From IMG/VR virus record IMGVR_UViG_3300006217_000002: a stretch of DNA of 64,000 nt. One strand, written 5' to 3'. The notes under the pieces were generated by a model, which worked only from the letters and a program-made list of their open reading frames with translations, was not told the DNA's origin and made no database searches. Made by a program: the position numbers and the translations under genes. Below, in pieces: positions 1-9,780 of this stretch. Each line of letters starts with the position of its first letter. Within the stretch, counting starts at the first letter, position 1. This stretch comes from a virus. Its lineage: Duplodnaviria > Heunggongvirae > Uroviricota > Caudoviricetes.

Positions 1-31
1 TATCCTTTCTCCATTCAAAGGCATTGGTAAA

Positions 32-3000
32 ATGCTTATTAATACTGCTAAATTGCCAATAACATTAGCAGGTGGAGCTGTACGTGGAGGAGCATCTATA
101 GCTGGAGGTCTTACAGGAGGATTCCTAAATAGTATAGCTAACTCTATTGCAGGAAAGAGTACTCATACTGAAATTGATCCTGAGACTGGTGAAGTAATTA
201 CTATGTCTACAAAGGATTGGTTGAAACAGAGGAGAAAAGATAGAAAAGCTGATGTAAAGTCAGATAAGTACGATAGCTACAAGGTATGGAAACAGAAAGA
301 GAATGCCAGAAGAGCTGAACGTATGAAGAAGTTTAAAGGGTATACTGAGGAAGAAGTATCAATTGTTACAGCTGAATCAACAGAACAGATGGCTGAACAA
401 ACTCAGGAAATATCTGATAATATCAGTTCACTAACTGAGCATGCACTTCAAGAAGGATCAATTTATACTCACGATAAAGGTATTCATGATCGTCTAGATG
501 AAATACTTGATTTCTTTAGAGGAATTAAGAAAGATAAGTTAGAAGATAAGAATATTATTGATGGTGAGTTCAGAGAAATAACAGGAGCTTCAGTAGCAGG
601 AATTCCAGGAAAACAAGTACCTTTACTTTCTGGGCCTACTGATCCAGATGCCAATGAGCTCGCAAATAGTGCTGTTATTGCAGCATCAGTTTTCTCAGCA
701 ACAGGAGATGATGTATCCAGTGAAGAGTCTAGACTAGCCGGTTCTATTATGGATGAAGCTGGTAAAGAGAATTCTAATAGAAGAAAAATCATTCCAAAAC
801 TGAAAGAATTGATGGGTATTCAGAAAGCTGGTAAAAAAGAAGGCAAGGAAAAAGAGAAAAGTATCTTTGAGAAGATCATGGACTGGATTGGAAATAGTGG
901 TCTTCTATCTAATCTCGGATTACTTGCTGGAGCAGCAGCTCTTATTGGTGGACTATTAAGTGGAGAACTTGGTAACTGGATTCACAATATATCTGAATTT
1001 CTCGGTAACATATTAGGAGCCAATGATAAATCAGAAGGAAAAGATGCTGTAGATCACGGAGTAAACGCAGCATTAGCTCTTGCTGATAGTAAGGTTAACA
1101 GTAAATGGAGTTTAGCAAATCCTTTTGCTACAGTATATCATACTAGACCTGATGGTTCAGGAGCTGATATTAAGGATCAAGATAAAACATCTGCTAAGTT
1201 TAATTATCAGCTTGGAGTACCATTAGCTCAATCTATTACAACACCTGCTGCATATAATTTACTAGCTTCTTCTCAAGCAAACAGAGCTAACATGTATTCT
1301 TCAATGAGAGATGAAGCTATTCTTTCTGGAAATACAAGTGCAGCTAATAAGTATGGAGCAAAAGCTAACAAAGCATCAGAATTATCAACGCAATATGGAG
1401 AAAAATCAGCAGAATTATCAGAACACGCTGGATCAAGTTTGGCAGCTAATGTTGCTCATAACTATGCTCGTGTTGGAGTTATGAGTGGTATATCAAATAC
1501 AGTTGGAGGTTTAACATCTCTTGGAGCACAACGACTTGGTATGGATGAAGAGAATGCTACTAAAGTTGGAAATATAGCAACAGCAGGAACAACTTCTGCA
1601 TTACTTCTAAATCAGGCTAAGAGTGCTGTAACTCCTGGAAAGACAAGTGTAGTTGATAATATCCTTGGTCTTGTAAAGAAAGCATTTAATGCATTGGCTG
1701 ACAAATTCGCTACTGTAGATAAACTTAAAGGTGTCGCTGGAAAAATTGGTGGTATCTTTGATAAGATTTACAATAAAACAGTTGGAGCAATGACAGAAAA
1801 ATTAGCTACAAAAATTGCTCAAACTATTGCTGCTAGAACAGGACAGGAAGTAACTAAAGAGCTTGTATCTACAGTTACAGTTGGTATTGGTATTGCTGTA
1901 GGTGCTGTATCTGGAATAATTTCTGGTGTTTGTTCTGCAGAACATTTGTTCCAAGTTAAACCTGGAGAAGCAGATGGGTTAATGACTACTATCTCTGCTG
2001 TAATGAAAGGCGTATTTGGAGCACTTGAATGGACACCTGTTGTTGGATTAGTAGTAGCTGCTATTGATATCTTTGATAAGTTCGTTTTCAAAACTCTCTT
2101 CGGAAAGTCATTGGAACAAATTATTGCCGAGGGATTGTATAACTTATTAAAGGGAGATGGCGGAGCTACTCTAAGTGATAAACAGGGAGACATGGTATCA
2201 GAACTTAACTACTATAATGAAACATATGGCACAAATCTTAATATGGATACATTTAATGATTTTGCTAATAATGGTGGTTGGTTAGATAAAGCATGGCGCG
2301 GCGGAATGAAGTATGATGAAAATGGTCATTTCAAAGTCGATGAAGCTGGCGGTCGTATAGACGGCGGAATGAAGAGCTGGTTTGTTGGTGGAGAAAGATC
2401 ATATGCTCATGACGCTAACGGTGCTGTATTAAGAGATGAAAAAGGTAATGCAGTACAAGCAGTTGATAAATATGGTCGAGGACTTAAGAAAGATACTAAA
2501 TGGGGAGATCATGTTGGAAACTGGTTCTCTGATGTAGGCAGATTCTTTGCAGGTGGAGATGAATATGAAGTAGATGCAAATGGTGAAGCTATTAGAGACG
2601 AAAATGGAAATCTTGTAGTAAAAAGTCATGAAGGAAATGTGTTCCAAAAAACCGGTGCAGCTTTATCGTCAGGATGGAACTCAGTCAAAGATTGGTGGGG
2701 TGGAAAGGAAATAACAAATCCTGATGGATCCAAAACAAAGACTACTGGTTTTAAGGATGCAGCAGCAAAAACTCTTGGTAATATAGGAAATACAATTGCT
2801 AAACCATTCAAGGAAGCTGGAGCATCAATATCTGAATGGTGGAGCGGAACTGAAGAACTTGATGAAAATGGTAATCCTATAACAGATGAAGATGGTAAGC
2901 CCATCAAGAAAGGTGGATTCAAAGATCTTGCTTCTAAGACTCTAGGAAAGATTGGTGGTAAAATAGGTCACTTTGCGAAAGGTATAGGAGCAGGTATTAA

Positions 3001-5977
3001 AGATTGGGCCCTAGGCGAATATGAACGAGATGAGAACGGTAATCCAATTTTGGATGACGAAGGAAATCCTGTAAGAAAAGGAGGCCTAGCTGGATTCATT
3101 AAATCTGTTGGAGGAAAGATCAATACATCAATTGTGCAACCAGTAAAAGAAATGGCTCAAGGTGCAAAAGAATGGGTTTTAGATAAGGCTGAATGGGTTA
3201 AGGATAAAGCGATTTCTGCTAAAGATTGGATAATAGAAAAAGCTTCTGCTGGATGGAAAACAATATCAACACCTGTAAAAGATTTTGTATCTGGTGCCAA
3301 GGATTGGGTATCTAATAAAGCAGACTGGATCGGCGAGAAAGCTAAAAATGCAGGTGCATGGATATCCGAGAAAGCAAGTTCAGCTTGGACTACTATTTCT
3401 ACTCCGGTAAAAGATATGGTTTCTGGAGCTAAATCTTGGGTTAAAGAAAAAGCTGGTTGGGTGAAAGATAAGGCAAAAGATGCTGGAGCTTGGATTTCTG
3501 AGAGAGCCGGAAATATCTTTGGAACTATTACTGATAATATCACAAAGATGAAAGATGGAGTGAAAGACTGGGTAGAAAAGAAAGCTGACTGGGTTAAAGA
3601 TGGAGCTAAGAGTGTAGGAGACTGGATCGGCGAGAAAGCTAAAGGAGTATGGGATTGGTTCACTAAACCTTTCAAAGATGCTGAAGAAAGAGGTAAGCAG
3701 GCAGAGAAGGATGAAGCCTATATTGCTGCAGCTAGAAGCGGTGGTCCTTACAGAGTTGGAGGTCCTATATCTGCAATAGCTGGAGGAAATCCGTTATCTA
3801 AGAACTTTGCTATTACAAGTGGATTTGGTTCACGACCTGATATGGGTGACTATCATAAGGGTGTAGACTTAATTCCTCATGATAATTCTGAACAAGCAGA
3901 TGTTATGTCTCGTTTCAATGGTCAAGTATTATCTGTGAAGAATGATGTTCCGAATTCAGATAGTGGAGCTCCTTATTACGGTAATAACTCTGGTGGTAAC
4001 GCTGTAATTATTCAATCTGATGATGGAAGTATTATTAAGAATTACCATCTAAAGGCAGGCAGTATACCATCAAATATCAAACCTGGAAGCAGAGTTGGAT
4101 CTGGTCAAAAGATAGGACAAATGGGTTCAACAGGTCGTTCTACAGGATCTCACTTGCATTATGAAATTGAAGTACCTGGTAAGAATGGACAAATGATTCC
4201 TATAAATCCTATGGGTGGTCCTATAAACAATATCGTTAGAAAATTTAGAAGAGGAGCACCTGCCAATGAAGAATTCACAAGATGGATCAAAGTTATCAAA
4301 GAAGTAAAAGCACAGTTTGCAGCAAAGAAGATGGGGTATAGTCAAAGTAGATGGACCAATATTACTGTAGACGGTTATACCATTAATATGAGGACTGATT
4401 GTTCAGGTTTCGTATCTGCATGTGTATCATGTTTTAGTAAGATAAAAATGATGGAATCTACTCATACGATGGAAAATCCTAATCATTCTATACTGAAACA
4501 AGCTGGATTCATTAAATACGGTTGGCCATCAAATGGATGGAATGGATTGTATCAAGGCGATATTCTTGTCAGAGATGGTCATACTGAAATATTCTCTAAC
4601 AATGAAGGAAGTAGTCATAAGGTATGGAATTGCGGTTCAGATTCATCTTGTAATAGTGCTGTACCTACCGGAAGTTCTAAACCATCATACACAACTGTAT
4701 GGCGACATAAGTCTTCTACAGGAGCATCAGTTGATCCTTCAGTGTCTAGCTATGCTGATATATCAGGAAGCTCTACATCATTTACAAATTCGACTGATTC
4801 AAATAGTAATACTTCAACAGGATTATTAGGAGCTTTATCAAACCTCGGTAATCAATTCTTATACGCTATCACAGGTGGATTGATTGGCAGTAATGGAACA
4901 AGTTCTAACTCTGAAATATCTGCAACAAATGATCAAACTGCTTCAAACGGAGCTTCAGGAAATTATTCTGGAGCATCTAACATAGGTCCTGGAGCGGAAA
5001 ACCTTTGGAAGTATTTTAAATCTCTTGGATATAGTGATAAAGAATGTGCAGGTGTTCTTGGATGTTGGACTGCTGAGTCTGGAAATAATCCAAAACGTGT
5101 TGAATGGGATTATAGTAATACCTTTAAAAATTCCATGACATATGACTCTGTTGCAACAGATAGGAATGCTCTTGATACGTTCACTCAAGCCTTATTCAAC
5201 GCTTATGCAAAACAAGGATTATCAATTAATAGATCTGCATATAAAGCATCCGATGGGCATTTATATCCAGGATTAGGTTATGCTCAATGGACTGGGCCTC
5301 GAGGTAAAGCTTTACTTGATTTTGCTAGATCTAATAATCTTAAATGGTATGACTCTGGAACACAATTAGCATATCTTGATACTGAGTTAAAAGGCGGATA
5401 TTCAAATGTAAGATCTGCTATGCAAGCAACAAATAGTCCAGAAGAAGCTGCAGGAGTTTTCTGTAGTAAATTCGAAGGATATAATGGATCTGGAGTTGCT
5501 AAACGTAAGGCTAATGCACGTTCGCTGATGAATCAATATGGTAGCAGAACTGGAGGTCCAATTGATGAAGAAAGTTATATTTCAAACATTGGTAATACTT
5601 ATGATATTCAAAGAAATATACCAATTACTTCATCTCAAGAAAGTGCCACTGCTAGAACAGTAAGTGGTAAATCTATAGCTACAGCTACAAGTCCTCGTGT
5701 ATTATCAGATACTCTTATCCAGAATAATGGAACAACATCAACTGGAGGTACAGATCTATCTGGAATCGTGTCAGCGTTAGCGACAATCATTGAGCAGCTT
5801 AGATCAATTGCAAGTAATACTGGTTCGTCTTCTGATTTACTTGGTTCTTTGAATGAAAAAGATTTCGTAGATCAAGGTCTAAGAGATACTTTAAATTCAA
5901 TTAAGAGTACTAAACCTCAAAGAAGAACTGGATCATATCCAAGTGCTAAATCAGTAGCTGCAATAGCAAGACCGTAA
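32..5977 (+). CDS. Tail tape-measure-like or tail lysin giant protein (1981 aa) with peptidase M23 and lysozyme-like domains. The 5' end may extend upstream of the window.
   Basis: M23 motifs HKGVDL (~3856) and GSTGRSTGSHLHYEI (~4124-4168). C-terminal GYAQWTGPRG lysozyme-like segment. Repeated DENGNP and KDWV amphipathic repeats. No in-frame stop between nt 2 and 32. Confidence 0.7.
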   Translation: MLINTAKLPITLAGGAVRGGASIAGGLTGGFLNSIANSIAGKSTHTEIDPETGEVITMSTKDWLKQRRKDRKADVKSDKYDSYKVWKQKENARRAERMKKFKGYTEEEVSIVTAESTEQMAEQTQEISDNISSLTEHALQEGSIYTHDKGIHDRLDEILDFFRGIKKDKLEDKNIIDGEFREITGASVAGIPGKQVPLLSGPTDPDANELANSAVIAASVFSATGDDVSSEESRLAGSIMDEAGKENSNRRKIIPKLKELMGIQKAGKKEGKEKEKSIFEKIMDWIGNSGLLSNLGLLAGAAALIGGLLSGELGNWIHNISEFLGNILGANDKSEGKDAVDHGVNAALALADSKVNSKWSLANPFATVYHTRPDGSGADIKDQDKTSAKFNYQLGVPLAQSITTPAAYNLLASSQANRANMYSSMRDEAILSGNTSAANKYGAKANKASELSTQYGEKSAELSEHAGSSLAANVAHNYARVGVMSGISNTVGGLTSLGAQRLGMDEENATKVGNIATAGTTSALLLNQAKSAVTPGKTSVVDNILGLVKKAFNALADKFATVDKLKGVAGKIGGIFDKIYNKTVGAMTEKLATKIAQTIAARTGQEVTKELVSTVTVGIGIAVGAVSGIISGVCSAEHLFQVKPGEADGLMTTISAVMKGVFGALEWTPVVGLVVAAIDIFDKFVFKTLFGKSLEQIIAEGLYNLLKGDGGATLSDKQGDMVSELNYYNETYGTNLNMDTFNDFANNGGWLDKAWRGGMKYDENGHFKVDEAGGRIDGGMKSWFVGGERSYAHDANGAVLRDEKGNAVQAVDKYGRGLKKDTKWGDHVGNWFSDVGRFFAGGDEYEVDANGEAIRDENGNLVVKSHEGNVFQKTGAALSSGWNSVKDWWGGKEITNPDGSKTKTTGFKDAAAKTLGNIGNTIAKPFKEAGASISEWWSGTEELDENGNPITDEDGKPIKKGGFKDLASKTLGKIGGKIGHFAKGIGAGIKDWALGEYERDENGNPILDDEGNPVRKGGLAGFIKSVGGKINTSIVQPVKEMAQGAKEWVLDKAEWVKDKAISAKDWIIEKASAGWKTISTPVKDFVSGAKDWVSNKADWIGEKAKNAGAWISEKASSAWTTISTPVKDMVSGAKSWVKEKAGWVKDKAKDAGAWISERAGNIFGTITDNITKMKDGVKDWVEKKADWVKDGAKSVGDWIGEKAKGVWDWFTKPFKDAEERGKQAEKDEAYIAAARSGGPYRVGGPISAIAGGNPLSKNFAITSGFGSRPDMGDYHKGVDLIPHDNSEQADVMSRFNGQVLSVKNDVPNSDSGAPYYGNNSGGNAVIIQSDDGSIIKNYHLKAGSIPSNIKPGSRVGSGQKIGQMGSTGRSTGSHLHYEIEVPGKNGQMIPINPMGGPINNIVRKFRRGAPANEEFTRWIKVIKEVKAQFAAKKMGYSQSRWTNITVDGYTINMRTDCSGFVSACVSCFSKIKMMESTHTMENPNHSILKQAGFIKYGWPSNGWNGLYQGDILVRDGHTEIFSNNEGSSHKVWNCGSDSSCNSAVPTGSSKPSYTTVWRHKSSTGASVDPSVSSYADISGSSTSFTNSTDSNSNTSTGLLGALSNLGNQFLYAITGGLIGSNGTSSNSEISATNDQTASNGASGNYSGASNIGPGAENLWKYFKSLGYSDKECAGVLGCWTAESGNNPKRVEWDYSNTFKNSMTYDSVATDRNALDTFTQALFNAYAKQGLSINRSAYKASDGHLYPGLGYAQWTGPRGKALLDFARSNNLKWYDSGTQLAYLDTELKGGYSNVRSAMQATNSPEEAAGVFCSKFEGYNGSGVAKRKANARSLMNQYGSRTGGPIDEESYISNIGNTYDIQRNIPITSSQESATARTVSGKSIATATSPRVLSDTLIQNNGTTSTGGTDLSGIVSALATIIEQLRSIASNTGSSSDLLGSLNEKDFVDQGLRDTLNSIKSTKPQRRTGSYPSAKSVAAIARP

Positions 5978-5985
5978 CACAATTA

Positions 5986-6016
5986 AAAGAGAGGAGCAAT
6001 TCGCTCCTCTCTTTTA
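5986..6016 (+). terminator. Intrinsic terminator hairpin
   Basis: aaagagaggagcaattcgctcctctctttt followed by an AT run after the CDS stop. Confidence 0.6.
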
Positions 6017-6145
6017 ATATTTATATATTATTATAATAATATGAATCCTGATTAAGATTCGAAATCCTTAGCCTGATTAAGCTTTAAGGTAAAATTATGG
6101 GCAAATTGTGATATATTAAGTTAAATAAAAAAGGAGGAATGGAAT

Positions 6146-6718
6146 ATGGTATATAGTGCAGATAAATATCTGTATGGATCAGAAGTGCCAATGTACGATG
6201 AGAAAGAACCAGTGCAGATTACAAAGCCTAAAGTCATACCAATGCCGTTCATTAAAGAAGCAAAGGGATCTAAAGATAAAGTAATCGTAACAGAAGATTG
6301 GTATGTAAAAGCTAAGAAAAAGAAATTAGCTAGTATCTCTAAAGATAAAAAAGATATGCAGATTGAAATGATGCAACTGCTTGGTCAGAGAGATATACTT
6401 AAGGGCAAATTAAGTAAGCTTGATTCTAGTAAGAAGAAAGATATGAAGAAGATCATATCTATTAATGTTAGAATAAAAGACATAGATGCAGAGCTTGCTA
6501 TGTTACAAAAAGAATCAGGTATCATTATCGATGAACTTGATAAAGGTAGTAAAGTTGGAAGATTTTTTAATAGATTGAAGAGGTCTGTTAAGAAAAAATT
6601 CAAAAAAGTAAAAAGGTTTTGTAAATATAATAAAGAACTCATTACAGGAATTCTTGGGATTGTAATTCCTGTGTTCGCTGGATTAATCGGCAAAAAGTTA
6701 TTGGCTTTATTAGCATAA
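6146..6718 (+). CDS. Hypothetical lysine-rich coiled-coil protein with a C-terminal hydrophobic segment
   Basis: ORF with GGAGG 8 nt upstream. The C-terminus ITGILGIVIPVFAGLIG is hydrophobic. Confidence 0.5.
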   Translation: MVYSADKYLYGSEVPMYDEKEPVQITKPKVIPMPFIKEAKGSKDKVIVTEDWYVKAKKKKLASISKDKKDMQIEMMQLLGQRDILKGKLSKLDSSKKKDMKKIISINVRIKDIDAELAMLQKESGIIIDELDKGSKVGRFFNRLKRSVKKKFKKVKRFCKYNKELITGILGIVIPVFAGLIGKKLLALLA

Positions 6719-6759
6719 GCCATGTTATGATTCTTTATATAAATAATCATGAGCAAATA

Positions 6760-6796
6760 ATGGTAGCAGGCTACCCCTGCTACCATTATTTTTTAT
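6760..6796. terminator. Bidirectional intrinsic terminator between convergent genes
   Basis: atggtagcaggctacccctgctaccat plus a T-run. Confidence 0.6.
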
Positions 6797-6808
6797 TTAA
6801 TTTTAATT

Positions 6809-8125
6809 TTACTTTCTTAACTCCTGAAGTTCCTTTTCAATATTTTCACCGAAGTTTACCATTTCCTGCAACATATCAGAGAGCAACGGATCAGAAATAT
6901 TAGTATACTTGGTGGCATTCTCCATATTAAGAACAAGGAGAGCTTTGGTTGTATAGATAGATGGAAGCATAGCAAATGTAGATGTGATATCAACAAACTC
7001 ATCATTGCTGTCTAAGATCAGAGTAATACTATTCAAAGTTATTTGATTAGCTTCATTAATTCTCTGATTATAAGCACTGATAGCATTATTGTAGTTTTTG
7101 GTCTTTAATACATCATCCTCATCGGTTGATTCCAAATCCCATACAGGTGAAACAAAATCGTCATATGTTAATCCTCCATCGATAATATCTGACATAGAAG
7201 ATTCATACATGATATCGATTTCGTCTCTAGAGAAATAATTCTCAAGAATCTGCATGTACTCAATAGGAAGCTGAACCATAAATTCCAATTTAAGAGGAGT
7301 TCTGGTACTAGCCATCTGTTTCATTGTCTTAGCTGTAACATCTTTATCAGCATTAAAGAAATTACATCTGAGCTGTCCTCTTCCGATATTATCATACTTA
7401 GTAAATCCTAGCGGACTGAATTTATACAGTCTATTAGTAATACCTTTTTTTAGCGGAGCATATTTAACCAGTTTAAGAAGCTGATTATATCTTTCGTCAT
7501 ACTTAATGATAGACGTAGATCTTACGAACGCCATATCCAGCCTGATCCTTACAGATGACACCTCATTTTCTATGATCTGTTCAGTGAGATTAGATGGATA
7601 AGATTCATTAAATATTTTAGCAGCCTCTGTTTCATCTTTGATAGATAAAACAAAATCCATGAAGCTGATAGGAATTTGAATATCATATCTTCTTGCTAAC
7701 ATCGGCAAGAACATTCTTCCTGCTCCTTCTGTGATGATGTCATTGTCACTGAACATTTGGAGTGCAAGATTATAAAACATACTAGCAGCGTGCTCAGCTA
7801 CTTCGAGTTTAGGAATACTCTTAGTAGTTTCCTCTGATCCTTCTTCTTTGTTATCTATAGTGATAGATCCAGGGAACATTTCTGCGAGTATTTCTCTTGA
7901 AGGAATCTCTGCCTGATTTTCTCTGACAATTTTTAACTTCTCACGATAGATCTGAGTCAACCTGAATAATTCGAACAAATTGACATCTGAGAAAGTTACG
8001 ATGTAAAACAACTCATCATTTATCAATGAACACAACGGTTCATCTCCAAATATGGTTGCTTTATTTTTTAATGCCCATAAAAGTGTATTGTTGCATCCTG
8101 CCTCTTTAATACCAGTAATTTTCAT
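6809..8125 (-). CDS. Hypothetical protein (438 aa)
   Basis: Long ORF. AAGGAGG 7-9 nt upstream on the minus strand. Confidence 0.55.
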   Translation of the reverse strand: MKITGIKEAGCNNTLLWALKNKATIFGDEPLCSLINDELFYIVTFSDVNLFELFRLTQIYREKLKIVRENQAEIPSREILAEMFPGSITIDNKEEGSEETTKSIPKLEVAEHAASMFYNLALQMFSDNDIITEGAGRMFLPMLARRYDIQIPISFMDFVLSIKDETEAAKIFNESYPSNLTEQIIENEVSSVRIRLDMAFVRSTSIIKYDERYNQLLKLVKYAPLKKGITNRLYKFSPLGFTKYDNIGRGQLRCNFFNADKDVTAKTMKQMASTRTPLKLEFMVQLPIEYMQILENYFSRDEIDIMYESSMSDIIDGGLTYDDFVSPVWDLESTDEDDVLKTKNYNNAISAYNQRINEANQITLNSITLILDSNDEFVDITSTFAMLPSIYTTKALLVLNMENATKYTNISDPLLSDMLQEMVNFGENIEKELQELRK

Positions 8126-8220
8126 ATTACTAACCTCCTTGAGTTATTACATTAATGATATATTATAAATATATCGATGGCAAATAATATTTTAATATAA
8201 AAGGAGGATATCAAAATTGT

Positions 8221-8463
8221 ATGAGGAAAGAAACATTTGATCCCAGTGACATTAGTAAAGACGATATGAATAAACTCGCTGATGCCATTGAAGAGTATAA
8301 AGATAGTTTAATGAGCGTCATGGTTATACCTGAGGAAATCGTAAAAGAGTGCGAAGATAAGTTGAAAGAAGGTCTGCGTAGAACCGATAGACTCATTAAG
8401 AAATTAAGGAAAGGAGATAGAAGTGTTTTTAAAGATGATGAAGAGCTAAACGAGTACTTTTAA
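8221..8463 (+). CDS. Small acidic hypothetical protein
   Basis: ORF with AAGGAGG RBS. Confidence 0.45.
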   Translation: MRKETFDPSDISKDDMNKLADAIEEYKDSLMSVMVIPEEIVKECEDKLKEGLRRTDRLIKKLRKGDRSVFKDDEELNEYF

Positions 8464-8490
8464 TTGAATAAATTTATATAGGAGGCAAAT

Positions 8491-9423
8491 ATGGAAAAAA
8501 TTGATTTGAGGATTCATGTGAATCCAAGCGGAGTTAACCCCATGGACCTTGAGGATTTTAATCCTACAAGAGATGGCAAGATTATGTCTACTGCTGATAA
8601 AATTAATGTCAATAAGTCAGCAACTGGATATTCTGTAGTATATGAATCTAATGTATTCAATACTGTAGATAAGGCATTACTTATGGCAAATCTTGTTAAA
8701 ATATTCAAAACTAATCTTCCTAATTGTATTGTGGATCTTGGAATCTGCTATAACTTTGAGACGGAAGAAGAATATGAATTCGATTATGAGACATTCGGTG
8801 CAGTAATGGATTTCAATTCTTTCTGCAAGGATATCGTTAATACCAATAGAGTTGATAATTTAGTTTATACAGAAACGGACTCTATTGAAAATCTTATTGA
8901 ATTCTATGAGACTCATTTTAATAACGAAACTGAGTATGATGACGAAGGTGACGAGGAACCGACGTTCGATGAAAACAGTGATCCGACAGGTATATTGGCA
9001 GCCTTATATGGAATGGAAAGCGATGAAAAGAAGAAAAAGAAACATAAAAAATCCAAAGAATATTATGGACGTTCCAGAGTGTGGAAGAATGCCAAGAATG
9101 CCAAGAGGGCCGTAAAGAGACATGGTGTTGTTATTGCCGATGATAAAGATGATATTAAGAAAGATGAAAAGATTCTTAAAGAATTCTTGAAAGATTTTCT
9201 TCCTGGTAGTGCATCATGGCAGAAAGATTTCAGATCAGACGTTCTTAAGAGGTTCATTAATATGTATGCTGTAAGCAAAAAGAATCTTAAACGTCTTGAG
9301 AAACAACATAAGAAAAATAGACGAAAGAAATACTACAATAATATCGACACAGATAAAGCGTTGGATTTCACAAGACGCCTATTAAATGTTCCCGTTGATC
9401 GTTGGAATGATCCAACAAAATAA
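8491..9423 (+). CDS. Hypothetical protein with a lysine-rich segment
   Basis: ORF with GGAGG RBS. Confidence 0.5.
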   Translation: MEKIDLRIHVNPSGVNPMDLEDFNPTRDGKIMSTADKINVNKSATGYSVVYESNVFNTVDKALLMANLVKIFKTNLPNCIVDLGICYNFETEEEYEFDYETFGAVMDFNSFCKDIVNTNRVDNLVYTETDSIENLIEFYETHFNNETEYDDEGDEEPTFDENSDPTGILAALYGMESDEKKKKKHKKSKEYYGRSRVWKNAKNAKRAVKRHGVVIADDKDDIKKDEKILKEFLKDFLPGSASWQKDFRSDVLKRFINMYAVSKKNLKRLEKQHKKNRRKKYYNNIDTDKALDFTRRLLNVPVDRWNDPTK

Positions 9424-9435
9424 GGAGGTAAAACA

Positions 9436-9711
9436 ATGGCAGAAGAAAAGAATAGTGTACTCATTCAGAATATGTCTGTGCTTGCAACCCCTGAAGGAAT
9501 TCAGAAATATATCTTAGGTTGCAAAAAGAATGGTCAGCCTAGAGCTGTATATGATGTTGTCAAAGATTATACGAAGCCGAAGAAAAAGAAGAAGGGGAAG
9601 AAAGGTAAAGGCAAGGGAGGTTCTAAAAAACCGTCTTCATACTCATTGTATGTAACTGCCAAAAAGAAGAAAAAGAAACATAAAAAGGGCGGTAAGCATT
9701 GGCACATCTGA
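9436..9711 (+). CDS. Small highly basic (K/G-rich) protein, possibly nucleic-acid binding
   Basis: RBS AAGGAGG. KKKKKGKKGKGKGGSKK and KKKKKKHKKGGKHWH tails. Confidence 0.45.
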   Translation: MAEEKNSVLIQNMSVLATPEGIQKYILGCKKNGQPRAVYDVVKDYTKPKKKKKGKKGKGKGGSKKPSSYSLYVTAKKKKKKHKKGGKHWHI

Positions 9712-9780
9712 TATAAAAATTCCATAATGGACTGGTTGAAATATACCAGTCCATAAATTTTTATGAAGGATGGTGATAAA

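Noticed and set aside
484-5188. Multiple short ORFs, mostly minus-strand, inside the 32-5977 gene
   Set aside because: Fully embedded in a long, domain-supported coding frame. Typical antisense ORFs.
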